A program made the translations under genes and the position numbers. DNA of 64,000 bases. It comes from Hypanus sabinus. Taxonomy: Eukaryota. The notes below the pieces were generated by a model, which worked only from the letters and a program-made list of their open reading frames with translations, made no database searches and had not been told where the DNA came from. The DNA lies in contig NC_082730.1 in the NCBI RefSeq assembly GCF_030144855.1, forward strand, positions 14,446,001 to 14,510,000, in the 5' to 3' direction. Position 1 is the first letter of the stretch. Every line of letters starts with the position of its first letter. Shown piece after piece: positions 49,426-62,977 of this stretch.

Positions 49426-52400
49426 CTGTTAAAAGAAAAGAAAATAAGATTTCAAACAAGCGAAGATCTACAGATGCTGGAGATCCAATAAACACACACC
49501 AAAATGCTGGAGGAAGTCTGCAGGCCAGGCAGGTGGAAAGGATGCTGTGAGCCAGATGGAATTGAACCTCAGACCATTTGCCGGTGCTGATGCCACTACC
49601 CCACCGGTCGGCTCGGTTAATCGGTCGTTGGGAATTGGTGCAGGATTAGGTTAGGGTTTATTGGGTTTGGTGCGGTTTGAAGGGCCAGACAGGCCTACAC
49701 CACACTGTATTGCTAAATGAATAAATATATATATTTTAAATGTCTCGCTTTTATATTGTTCTCTCATTCTCTTCCTCTTATCCAAGTCTGGCTTTCTGCA
49801 TTTGCACTGCTGACAGAAACCTCGACCATTCTCAGAATTGTTCATCAAAGTCTGGCAGCAATTTTCTATGCATATAATTTCTCTGATTCTCTTGCTGGTG
49901 GGAGATTTTCTACCCCTACAGTGAGCACTCAGGTATTTAAATAAAGCTTTTAATTTTTGCAACATTTGCTCAAACTGCCCAGAGCAACAGACCAAAGTAC
50001 ATGAATGAAATGATGATCAACATTCTCCTGGAATTGTCCCCATTCTGGACCCTGCAGCTTGTGAAACATCCCCTTCAGCATGAACTCCATCTGTCCCTCA
50101 GGGAACATTTCGTGCATTGAAGAGCTCTATTGTGAATCAATTAGATCCAAGGAAATGTGTCATGTTCAGTAAAAGCAGCAAAGCTGAGTATTAGAAGTAG
50201 TTTAGAACTCAAAACAAAAGAAAGTAGTTGATTAAAACATTGAAAATATAGAACTTGAGCAAGTTTGTAGGGCAAATATATATCAATATGAAAGCTTCAA
50301 TAGGTATGTGAAGAGAGTAATTAACACAAATGCAGGATATCTAACAGACAGAAATGGAAGAATTTATAATGGAGACAACCAATTCAACCATTGGTTTTGT
50401 CTTTCGTATTTCACTACATTTCTTTCCACCAATGTCAGGCTAATTGCTCAATGATTTCTTCTTTTCTCTCCACCTGCTTTTAAAATAGCTTGTTTAGCTT
50501 CTCTCCAATTCATTGGAAAATTTGAAATGGCCAGAAATGCATCTCTAGTTTTCTCATGCCAAGTCCTTATGTTCTCTGGGAGGTGGAGTATCAGAACCTG
50601 GTGATTTATTGGTTTTCCATCCCATCTGCTTTCCCAACACCAATCTGATATGATTGGTGAATACCTACCTTCTGCTTTTCAACAGACCCTATGACATCCA
50701 ATATTTCTGGGAAGGTAATTGTTTCCCATATCTCTTCATCTCTCTCTCCCCCTGTGAAAAATAACTAAATCACCACTTTTTGAGGGAAGAAATCTCTCCT
50801 AATCCCAGTCTTCAATGGCTCACCCTTTCATTACTCTAAGACTCCATGCACTATCCTGTATTCCCTGGCCTCGGAAGCATCCTACCTGCTTCTGTATCAC
50901 CCTGATAAAATATTGCAGGTTTCTATGAGATCATCTCTCAGCCTTCTAAACTCCTGCAAATTAATCTCTGATTTTATGTCCCTTGTGACATTCCAGAAAT
51001 CAGTCTGCTGATCCTTTGCTCACCTCCTTCCATTACAAGAAAATCTTTCAATGAACCAAATCTGCACACAATGCTAGTGGTTAGGATCAAGGAACAAGAT
51101 GATGTCTGACTGATTTAAGTTCCAGACCAAATTGGAAGGATCAGTATGAGCTGACTCGAGGCACCACGTCCCAAGCACGAGAGCATATTGAAGCAGGAGG
51201 CCCTCGGTCTGAGACTGAGGATCAGCCGATTTGAGCACCATGCCAGATTGAGAAGGTCATGGTGTCAGGGCTGGTTAGGGTTAGGCTGATTTGAGACTAT
51301 CTGGACCGCAAGGTTTACTCATCTCTGCACAGAACTGAAGCTGTGATCTGCAACTAATGGGTGCTAGCTAGGCTGCTGTTGCTTTCATGGTTGTGGACTC
51401 ACTTTCATGAACTTCAGTCCTGAATGTTAATTGCTTATTATTATTGTTTGATTGATTTGCTTTTTTTCCCACACATTGGGAATTTGACATTTTTGTTTAA
51501 TGGGTTCTATTGGGTTTCTTTGTTTTGTGGCTGGCTGTAAGGATATGAATTCCAAGGTTGTATATGGTATACACTCGTCGATAGTAAATGTACTTTGTAC
51601 TTTTGCCACAATTGATAAAATCCCTGCATCTTTGCAATGTCTGATGCTTGTTCCTTTACTGGAATCTTCTCTTTGGAAGTCCAAATACAATTTGCATTCT
51701 TTATGCCCTGCGGCATCTGCAAGTTTACCTTCAGTAAAAGATGTACAAGGACACCCAAAACTCATTATATTCCCCCTTTTCTATACTATTGCCATCCTGG
51801 TAATTATCTGTGTTATCATATTGCCACAGTCTTAACAATATTTACTTTCATTGCCCGTATATTTCTGATTCAAGCTTAGTGGTTGAGTGGTTGAATGACT
51901 CCAATATTACCCTACCCTGTCCAATAATGCTTCTGTCCTGAAAACTGTTCATCACAATTAATTTGAGCTCAGCTTTTCTGCACTTTTGCCTGGAGACTCA
52001 GTGAACTGGGACACACAGTTTTAAAGTCACATCTCACAATTCCATTTAGCAGGAAAAGGAATGTAGTTTTTCAGGACACAGACTTTCATCATCTATGTGA
52101 TTTCAGTACTTATTATCAAGATACAACTGCTTTGATTTTATGACTTAGCCTGTTTTCTATAAAATCCAGCACAGATGATTATTTATAAATTCAGGCAGGG
52201 CAAACATCGATAAAGTCTTCAAGGAGCACAGCCACAAGAAAGCAGCATCTATTATCAAAGACTGTAAAGCCAGAACCTCCTCTCATTCCCACCATTACGG
52301 AGGAGTTACAGGAGCCTTCGGTCCCACATCTCCAGGTTCAGGAACAGTTATAACCCTTCAACCATCAGGCTCCTGAACCAGCGTGCATAATTTCACTCAC

Positions 52401-53188
52401 TTTAACATTGAACTGATTCCCCATTCTATGAATTCACCCTCAAGCATTTTTGCAACTCACGTTATACATATCCAAATATATATATAACATTCTCGATATT
52501 ATTTTTATCCATCTATTGATCTGTTTGTCTGTCTTGTTAATTATTTAATCTTTTGTATCTGCAGTTTTTCTTCTTTTACACATTGGCTGTTTGTTCATTT
52601 ATGATTGTGTGTATTTTTTCATTAATCCAATGCATTTATTTATTGATATACAGTGGAGAATATTCCTTTCTGGCCCTTTGAGCTGTGCCTAAGTTATTCC
52701 TTGTCTAATCATGGGACAACTTACAATCTACCAAGTATATCTTTAGACTGTGGGAAGAAACCAGAGCACCTGAAGGAATCCCTTTCCTCAGTAAGTTCTG
52801 TTTTATTTATTTGTAGCTACTGCAAATGCTTGGAAGAAAATGGATCTCAGGGTAGAATGTGGTGATCTATATGTACTTTGATAGTAAATTACTTTGAAAT
52901 TTGAAGCAGTTTATCTTAAAAGGGCTATCTTAATGAATGGCCAGAAATATTTGCAGATAAGACACATTCACACACAGCATGTGAGAGCAGATCAGAGGCA
53001 GGAGACCCTGTGGTGAGCCAATCACATTTGAACTGCCGTGCTGAAAAGATTTTCCATTCTCTAAAAGATGGTGACCACTAACACTCCATGCTCCTGAGTG
53101 AGTTCCAACAATGCTATATCCAGCATGCATCAATCATTCAGTTGTACTCCATCGACCATCATAAAGAATCAAACCCTGCACCACTTAC

Positions 53189-53506
53189 CCATGCCATTGA
53201 CTTCAATCACATATCTGCAGGTGCTGACACTGTTGGAGATGGACACATTGACCATTTTACTGGAATTTTCTCCAATAGCATTTGAGGCTTTGCAATAATA
53301 CAGATGGTTGTATTTTAAGGATTCGCAATGTAGATCCAGTTTGTTGGTGTCAGAGATACTTGAATCTACAGATGGTGTCTTTTCATACCAGGAGTACTGA
53401 ATGGGAAGGGATCCATGGACAGACTTGCAGGACACTGACACAGAGTCCACACAACTTGAGCCATTTGTTGGTGGTGAAAAAAGAAGCCTAGGAACAGACG
53501 GGGGTT
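53189..53506 (-). CDS. Receptor gene 2, C2-type Ig domain exon (C2b)
   Basis: Acceptor ttcttttccacag|AA, donor G|gtaagt, 318 nt, phase 1-1. EPPSVPRLLF..NGSSCVDSVSVSCKSVHGSLPIQYSWY...YYCKASNAIG...STCRYVIEVNGM is a clear paralog of C2a. Confidence 0.92.
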
Positions 53507-53970
53507 CTGTGGAAAAGAATCAGTGAACATCTGAAAATCAAACACACTGAACATTTCAGCAGATTTATATCTCAACCAAGACCCACCAGTTTGGAATCTC
53601 AGCAGCTCTTCTACCTCTTTATGTCTCTGCATCCTCACAGCTGTCCGAACGGCAATGTCTGGCATTATCCCAAAACACAACATAACTCCAGATCAGGACA
53701 GCAGTGATGACTCTGTGTCAGTCACTCTCGCTCAGCAGGAATGAGACAGTTTGAAGTGGCACCTAACAGCTTGACTCTGCAGAAGCAGCATTTGTGAGTG
53801 TCCAGAAAATCTCCCCATAATGTGAAAGTAGAAAATTGTTAGATATGTACAAAATAAATGGTGACTTGAGGGAGAGAGTATAATTGTGATTGTTTCAGTG
53901 GCCTACTGCAGGAAGGGAACCTACATAGGAGCAGAGTTAGGCCATTCAGCCCATTGAGTCTGCTCCACAG

Positions 53971-54623
53971 AAAATGGCGGCGTTACGTCTGGAGATGGAT
54001 ATCTGTTATTTGTTAAGTTGGGATCCGTGCACAATCCTGATTTGATGGAGACAGATGAAAGAACATGGAGGAACATCTGGAGAAACTTCTGAAATGCCAG
54101 CTTCGTTGCCGCTGCTACTGTGCGGTCTGGAATCTCCGGAGGAGAAGGCTTCCGAGACCTCGGCTTTGCTCGTTTCGGTGGCCGGGACGAGGTCGAATGC
54201 GCTCAGCAGAGGATGGCACTCGGGAGGCTGTATTGGAGGGGCTGGTCGGAGACTTGAAGTTTTTGTACGGACTCAGAGTCTGCTGTCGTCAGGTACTTCC
54301 AAGGCATCAGCTGTCGGTGCCTGGAAGTTTATGGCAGGGAGAGGTACTCCCTTTTGCTGCCTGATATCACGACTATTGGAGTCGATCAGGACTAGAGACT
54401 TTTTTAAAAACCATGCCCATGGTCTGCTTTTATCAAATTACGGTATTGCTTTGCACTGCTGTAACTATATGTTACAATTACGTGGTTTTGTCAGTGTGAG
54501 TCTTTGGTTTGTCCTTTTTTTTAATTTTGTGATATCACTCTGGAGGAACATTGCATCATTTCTTAATGCATGAATGCATTTCTAAATGACAATAAACGAG
54601 GACTGAGTGTCCTCATAATCTAA
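53971..54623 (+). mobile_element. ~650-bp CpG-rich non-autonomous retroelement-like insert within a CR1 3' UTR
   Basis: Starts AAAATGGCGGCG, ends atgacaataaacgaggactgagtgtcctcataatctaat; CR1 3'-UTR text continues on both sides (53915-53970, 54624-54960). Confidence 0.6.
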
Positions 54624-55294
54624 TGACTGATTTATTATCCCTCTACGTCTATTCTCCTGCCTTCTCTCTGTAACCTTTGTCACCTTATAATCAATAACCT
54701 ATCAAGCTCCACTTTAAATATACCCACAGCTGACTGTGGCAATGAATACCACATATTCATCAGCTTCTGGCTCAAGAAATTTCTCCTTAACTCTCTTTTA
54801 AAGGATGTCCGTCTATTCTGAGTCTGTGCCCTCTAGTCCTAGATGCTCGTACTATTGGAAACATCCTCTTCACATTCACTGAGATTTTCAATACTCGATA
54901 GCTTTCTATGAGATCCTCCCTCATTCTTCTAAACACCAGCAAGTACAGGCGCAGAGCCTTAAAACACTGCTCATACATTAGTGAAGTTTGATGTCACCTG
55001 GAATTTAATAGCTGGATTTCTTTAGAATTGATGTACAGGGAGTTCTTCGGAAACAAGTCCATTGCTCCCTGAAAGTGGCAACACAAGTGGATATAATGGT
55101 AATGAAAGCATTCAGCATCTTTGCCTTCTTCATTCTATATGTTGGATACTAAAGCCAAAAAGGCATTTTGCAGCTTCATAAAACATTGATTAGGTCACAT
55201 TAGGATCATAATATGCATTTCTGGTTGCTACACAAAAGGAAGGATGTTGAGGATTTGGAGAGGGTAAAGAGGCTCACCACGATGTCACCAGAGG

Positions 55295-55412
55295 TGGCAT
55301 GGTAGCACAATGGTTACCACAATGCTTTACAGTCCCAGCGACCCGGGTTCAATTCCTGCCACTGTCTGCAAGGTGTTTGTACATTCACCCCATGACTGCA
55401 AGTGTTTTCTTT
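55295..55412 (+). mobile_element. 5' half of the HE1-like SINE, with tRNA-derived A and B boxes
   Basis: gtggcatggtagcacaatggtt (A-box-like) and gacccgggttcaattcc (B-box). Confidence 0.8.
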
Positions 55413-58400
55413 TTTCTTTCTTTCTTTCTCAATCTTTTTATTATTATTAATAATATGGACAAAATACAAATGATATATTAATAAAGAAATTACAAACATA
55501 CAAATTCCATTACAGATGAAAAAAGATATAAACAATGGTTACAGTATAAATGAGTTTACCAAAACATGAACCATACAGTATATGTATGAACATGGTAAGT
55601 CTAGATATTTCATAATATGATATAAAAAACAGAAAAAAGAAAAAAATAATGCAAAATTAACTAATCTACTAATCTAATGACTAATAAAGAAGAAAAAAGA
55701 AGCAAAAAAACAGGAGAAAAAAAAGAAACGCTGGTAGAAAAAGAAAGGGCTGTTTATAATATCTCACAAGAATACATAATCATCAATGTCGTCACCTCCA
55801 GTCCTCTCAACATACATAAGCTAAAAGCTGGAAAGTCAAATGAACTTGGAACAGGGTCATATGACATCATATGAAAATATTGAATAAATGGTCTCCATAT
55901 CTTTTCAAATTTATTCAAAGTATCAAATACAACACTTCTAATTTTTTCTAAATTTAAACTTAACATAGTTTGAGAGAACCAATTAAATACAGTGGGAGGA
56001 TTAATTTCCTTCCAATTCAACAATATAGATCTTCTCGCCATCAGAGTTAGAAATGCAAACATTCGACGGGCAGAAGAAGATAAATGCAGTGGGTCCATCA
56101 TTGGTAAACCAAAAATTGTGGTAATAGGATGAGATTGTAAATCAATATCCAAAACTGCAGAGATAATATCAAAAATATCTTTCCAATATTTTTTCAAAAG
56201 CGGACATGACCAAAACGTATGAGTTAAAGACGCGATTTCAAATTGACATCTATCAGAAATAGGATTTATATAAGAATAAAAATTAGCTAATTTATCCTTG
56301 GACATATGGGCCCTATGTGCGACCTTAAATTGTATTAATGAACGTTTGGCAAATATCGAAGATGTATTAACTAATTGAAGAATTCTATCCCAATTCTCAC
56401 TAGGAATAATAAGATTAAGCTCTCTTTCCCAATCATTTTTGGTCTTATAAAGGGGCTCTGAATGTATCTTCATAATTATACTATAAAGTTTGGAAATAAG
56501 CCCTTTTTGAAAGGGTCTAATTCAAATAAACTCTCCAAAATATCTGAAGGCACAAAATTTGGAAACGTAGGAAGTACAGTACTTAAAAAATGCCTAATCT
56601 GTAAATATCTAAAAAAATTAAATCTAGGCAAATTATATTTATTGGATAATTGCTCAAAAGCCATAAAACAATTGTCCAAAAATAAATCAGAAGATCTTAG
56701 CAATCCCTAAGTTTTCCAAGCCGAATGAGCTTGATCTATAATGGAAGGGTGGAAAAAGCAATTAGATACAATAGGACTATTTAAAACGAATTGAGTCAAC
56801 CCAAAAAATTTCCGAAATTGAAACCATATACGTAAAGTATGTTTAACTACCGGGTTTTCAATTCGTTTCGGCAATTTAGAAAGGACAAAAGGGAGAGAAG
56901 TCCCTAAAATAGAACCCAGAGCATAACCTGATACAGATTTAATTTCTAAACTCACCCAATGAGGACCAAAAGATCCACCCTAGTCTTTCAACCAACATAA
57001 CAAATATCTAATATTAACTGCCCAATAATAAAATCTGAAATTAGGTAATGCTAACCCACCTTCCTTCTTTGTCTTCTGTAAATATATTTTACCTAGCTGG
57101 GATTTTTATTCTGCCATATATATGAGGAAATTTTTGAATCAACATTAGTAAAAAAAGATTTTGGAATAAAAATTGGTACCGCTTGAAAAATATATAAGAA
57201 CTTAGGTAAAATAACCATCTTAATAGCATTAATACTGCCTATTAGAGACAGAGATAATGGTGACCACTTAGTAAACAAGCCTTTAATCTGATCAATTAAG
57301 GGTAAAAAATTAAACCTAAATAAATCTTTATGGTTTTTTGTGATTTTGATCCCTAAATAAATAAAAGAGTCATTAACTAATTTAAAAGGTAAATTTCCAT
57401 ATATTGGGACCTGTCTATTCAAATGAAACAATTCACTCTTATTAAGATTTAACTTATACCCAGAAAACTCACTAAATTGAGACAACAATGATAAAACTGC
57501 AGGAATAGGTTTCTCAGGATTAGAAATGTATAATAATAAATCATCTGCATACAAAGATAACTTATGAATGTCTGTCCCACGATTAATACCCAAAATATCA
57601 TGTGATTTTCTGATGGCAATTGCCAAAGGTTCTGAAGCAATGTTAAATAGTAATGGACTGAGGACATCCTTGTCTTGTGCCCTGAAATAGGCGAAAAAAG
57701 GGAGATCTGTGATTATTATTAAACACTGAGGCTACTGGAGTGTGATAAATCAATTTTATCCAAGAAAGGAATGTCGGACTAAAATTAAACTTCTCCAACA
57801 CATTAAATAAGTAAGGCCATTCAACTCTATCAAATGCTTTCTCCGCATCTAATGAAATCACGCATTCTGAAGTGCAATGTGAGGGAGTATAAATGATATT
57901 CAGTAATCTCCTAATGTTGAAAAAAGAATAGCGATATTTAATAAAACCAGTTTGATCTTCTGAAATAATTTTGGATAATACCTTCTCCAATCTGGATGCC
58001 AGTAACTTGGAAAAAATCTTGGAGTCTACATTCAATAAAGATAATGGTCTATAGGATGCACATTCAGTAGAGTCTTTATCTTTCTTCAATATTAGATAAA
58101 TGGAAGCTCTATAAAAAGATTGTGGCAAATTCCCCAATCTAATTGCTTCCTCAAAAACCCTACATAACCAAGGAGAAAGAGTAGCGGAAAAACATTTAAA
58201 AAATTCTACTGTATACCCATCTGGACCTGGTGCTTTCCCAGAATTCATTGAGGAAATAACCCCTTTAATTTCTACGTCCATAATAGGAGTATCTAATATT
58301 GAAAGATCATCGGATGATAATCTTGGGAAATTTAATTTCCCAAGAAAATCACACAAGGTATTACGATCCTGAGGGAATTCAGATTGATACAGGGAGGTAT

Positions 58401-60424
58401 AAAAGTCTTGAAATGCCTTATTTATCTCATCATGGTTAACTGTCAAATTCTCATTCTGCTGACGAATCTTAGTGATTTGACGTTTAACCGAAGCATTCTT
58501 CAACTGACTAGCTAACAGTTTACCTGATTTATCACTATGTGTATAAAAATCAGATCTGGTTTTCATTAATTGATTTTCAATCGGAGATGTAAGTAATAAA
58601 CTACGTTCCATTTGAAGTTCAACCCTTTGTTTGTAAAGCTCCTTACTAGGAGTGATCGAATATTTCTTATCAATCTCTTTAACTTTATCGACCAATAAAA
58701 GAGTTTCCTTCTTAATGTGTTTTCTCAAACCAACGGAATAAGAGATAATCTATCCACATATATACACTTTAAAAGTGTCCCAAAGTGTTCCACAAGAGAT
58801 ATCATCCGTGGAATTAGTTGAAAAGAAGGGATTGATTTGTTCCTTCATAAATTTAATAAAGTCCGGGTCCTGCAGTAAAGTAGAGTCAAATCGCCATTGT
58901 CTGGCATTAGAAACTGTAAGCGTAAATTTAATAGAAAGTTTTAATGGAGCATGGTCAGAGATAGCTATAATATCGTAATTACAACCGATTACCGATGGAA
59001 TAAAACAAGAGTCAATAAAAAAAAAATCAATTCTCGAATAAGAATGATAAACATGTGAGAGAAAAGAAAACTCTTTGTCGTTAGGATGCCGAAATCTCCA
59101 AACATCAAAAACTCCATTATCAGTCAAAAAGGAGTTAATACAAGTGGCCAACTTATTGGGTAAAGTCTGAATAGATAAAGATTTATCCATCAAAGGATTT
59201 AAACAACAATTAAAGTCACCACCCATTATTAACTTATATTCATTTAGATTGGGTAAAGAAGTAAATAAGGACTTAAAAAATCAGGACAATCCACATTTGG
59301 AGCATAAACATTAACCAAAGCAACCTTTTTATTACAAAGTAAACCCATAACTAACAAAAATCTACCATTCAGATCTGAAAAGATATCGTGTTGAACAAAT
59401 GCAATAGAGGAGTCAATAAAAATTGAAACTCCTTTTACTTTGGCATTCAAATTTGCATGATACTGTTGACCCCGCCAAAACCTAAAAAAGCAAAATTTGT
59501 CCTCCTTCCTCACATGAGTTTCTTGTACGAAAATGATATGAGCATTAAGTCTTTGGAATACTTTGAAAATCTTCTTTCATTTAATCGGATGATTTAAACC
59601 ATTAGTATTCCAAGACACAAAATTAATGGTCTGAGCCATAATTCTAAAATCAACCCTTTGGTATAGAAAGGGTTAACCAACTTGTAAACTCATGCACCCG
59701 GAAGAGGAACAAAAATAAAAAGTGGACCCGGAAGTGACGACAACGCAGACATATTTGAAGTTCAAAAACAGCCCAAATGAGAAAACTAAAACAAACTGGT
59801 GAAACGGAAATAAAATTAGAAAACAAACAAAACCCCACCCCTCTCTGAAAAAGAAAAAAAAAACACCAAGATATGGCGAGAAAAAGGAAAAAATGAGATC
59901 AACTCAATCCCCATGTCAGCGGAAGACCACTCCGTATATAAAGAATATATATATATTTAAAAAAAACCCCACTTTAAAAATTAAAGTCGCTATACTAAAA
60001 ACCATACTTCTAAATATAGTTAGTTGTAAAAAATAAGAATATAGTCACTAAAAGCTTATAAATTGGGCTACGGCCCAGACAAAACAAAAAATATTTAAGC
60101 AATGATAAGTGATGCATTGTAGGAAGAAGACGAGAGAAAAAAAAAATAACGCCATCTTAAACAAAACCAAAGGTATTTTTCAAAAAACCACCATCTTAAT
60201 CAAAAACAATGGCTTGCTTCTTTCCGTTACCGTTCGGATTGCGCCCGGGTTCTCATCCTTTAGACCTAAGAAACATGTCTGTTTGCATATCTTCAAAAAT
60301 TCATGACAAACTCTTACATGTAAGTTCAAAAAAAAAATAGCAAAGAAACTTTCAGTGTAGGTAAAAATAATCTGGATAAGGGTGATCAAAGGTTAAAAAA
60401 AAAATAAAGGTTATGGAGCGAATA
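55413..60424 (-). mobile_element. L1-clade LINE, second copy: ORF2, 3' UTR and A-rich tail, 5'-truncated, inactive
   Basis: ORF2 ATG at 59639; same frameshifts as copy 1; C-terminal DRC..HTFWSC knuckle (ORF 55754-56473); 14-bp TSD caagtgttttcttt (55399-55412) / caagggttttcttt (60425-60438). Confidence 0.95.
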
Positions 60425-62977
60425 CAAGGGTTTTCTTTAGCTGCTCCGTTTTCATCCCACAGTCTAAAGAAGTACCGGTTGGTGGATTAATTAGTTATTG
60501 AAAATTGTCCAGTGTTTGGGCTAGGGTTAAATCTGGGGAAGCTGGGCAGCCGGGCTTGAAGGGCTAGATAAGCCAATTCCACCATACATCTCAATAAATA
60601 GATAGATAGATAGATAGGTAGATAGATAGACAATGAAAGAATGACTAAATAAATGTAACTGGGACTGGAGTGTTTAAGCTGTGGGTTGTAGTTGGACAAT
60701 CTTGGTGTGTTTTCGCTGCAGAGTTAGAGGCAATAATTTGAAATGATAATGTAGGTGGCATGATTAATAGGTTGCAGATGACACTGTAGCGTGGTGGACA
60801 GTGGAGAAATTCATCAAAGTTTACAATGGGATCTGGTAAATAAACCATATTCAGCCGTATTACTCTGTGCTAGCAGGATCCACACACCCGAGCCTGTCCC
60901 ATCTTGCTACATTTAATTCATCTCCCTCTCTTCACTACTACCACCAGATGGGAGATGGTGGAGTCTTGGGTCCCACAGCACTGGCTCCAAGATTAGTTTC
61001 ACTCAAGTCAGCTCAACGAAACGGATTCACTTTCGTGGACTCTGCGACTCATGTTCTGTGTACTGTTCATTCTGTATGATGTGGTGGGGGGTATAAGAGA
61101 CTAGAGGCACACACTGCCAGATTCTTTAGCAGTTGTTGCCCTGTAGCCTTCGGGCTCTAGGACTAGGCTTCACTCATCTTAGCACTGAACTAACTCCATA
61201 GCTGTTGAATCGCCTTCAGGGATTTGCGACTCATGTTCCATGTACTATTTGTTTACATATTTTTAGTATTTGCTTCATTCATCCTCTTTTGCACATTGCA
61301 TGATTGTCAGTCTTTACTGTGTGTGGTTTGTCATGCATTCTATTGAGTTTCTTTGTTTTGGAGGCATCTGCAAAACGATGAATCTCCAAGTTGTTTATGG
61401 TGGTTGCACATCTCTCGACAATAAATTTACTTTGAACTTTGAAGTAGGGAAGTGGCCAAAGGAGTGGCTGATGGAATTGAATTCTCCCATTTTAGAGGGC
61501 CTGGAAAGGCAGTGTTTTCCACACAGAACAGTGCGTATGCAGAAAAGGCTGCCAGAAGAAATGCTTGAGGTGGGTACAAATACACCATTTAAAATAGATT
61601 TGGACAAGTTCTTGGCAGGACAACTTTAGAAGGATGTGGGCCAAATGCAGTGAAATGGGAGAAGCTCAGGAAGACACCGTCGACTTGGGCTGAATCTTCT
61701 GTTTCCATTACCTGTAACTCTCTGACTCTGCAGCATCCTCTCTAAACTAGAACACACTTTTGAAAGGTTAAATTCAGAATTCTATTCCATTGCATTGGTG
61801 TGACAACTTTTGGAATAGCATCTAATCAGTCAATTTCAAAGTTTAAAGTACATATATTACCAAAGTATGTACAGTATTCTATATACAGCCTTGAGGTTTG
61901 TCCCCTGACAGACAACCACAAAGCAACAAAACCAAATAGAACCCATGAAATAAACGGTCAAACACTCAATGTGCAGGGAAAAAAACTGATGCAAACCATA
62001 AAAGTAAGCAAATTATATTCAGAACTGAAATTCATGAAAGTGAGTCACAGACACAAAACTAGTCATCACTGCAGCCGATTCAGGACCCCTTTGATTCCAG
62101 GTCGCAGACTCAGTTCAGGACAGAGATAAGTCAGCCTTGCAGTGTTTCAAGCTGAACACGGGCCTGTCTCTTGCATACAACATGCATTTCTGTACTCTTG
62201 AAATTCTAAAGCTAATGATGACCGTAAGACATCAGAGCAGAATTAGGCCATTTGCCCCATACAGTCTGCTCTGCCATTCCATCATGGCTCATTTATTATT
62301 CCTCTCAACCCAAAACACCTGCCAACTCCCACAACATTTCACACTCTTACTGATTAACAAATTATCGAGCTTTACTTTACTTTAAATATATCTTCTTCAG
62401 TGACAAATTAAGCAAACTACTGAATAAGTTCATCCTCCATTTCTTTGTCCCTCATTATTAATTCTTCAGCATCATTACCCAGTTATCTGATATCCACTCT
62501 TGCTTCTCATTTACTATTCATATATCTGAAATTATTTTATATTGTTGGCTGGTTTTACTTCATATTTCATCTTTTCGCTCCTTATGGTTTTCCTTGCTGC
62601 CTTCTGTTGTTTTTGAAAAGCTTCCTTAACAAAATTTTTTGCTGTATCTGATGTCCTTCCTTCTGCTTTTATGGCAGTGTCGCTGTCTCACAACTCAACA
62701 CGCATTCCAGCACCTTCAATGCAGAAGCCAGCTGTATGAATGGAATGCTCTCAATCTGTCTGGATGTGCAAGTCCAACTGTGTTTGAGGTGTTCCACATG
62801 TTCCTGGAAGAAGTGACAGTCTTAACTGTTCTCTGCAGTTTATTTCTACCCCATGGAGGCTGCAATGTGTAGCTTCTACAAATGCAAAGAAATTCCTTAC
62901 CCTCACTAGAAGAGCAGCAGTAACAGAGTAACAAAAATAAATATTTAAGTGTATCCTCACTTGAAATTTGAACTTAC

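Noticed and set aside
51916-51937. 22-nt phase 1-to-2 exon candidate (GQKHYWTG) as the C2b-TM bridge
   Set aside because: The 79-nt exon at 49347-49425 has far stronger splice signals and a typical Cys plus Ser/Thr/Glu stalk; the two cannot both be included in frame.
54055-54573. 172-aa ORF
   Set aside because: Lies wholly within a GC-rich repeat where stop codons are rare; no domain features.
55754-59639. L1 ORF2 as an active or domesticated gene
   Set aside because: Multiple frameshifts (for example in QGCP-LSPLLF) shared by both copies; ORF1 absent.
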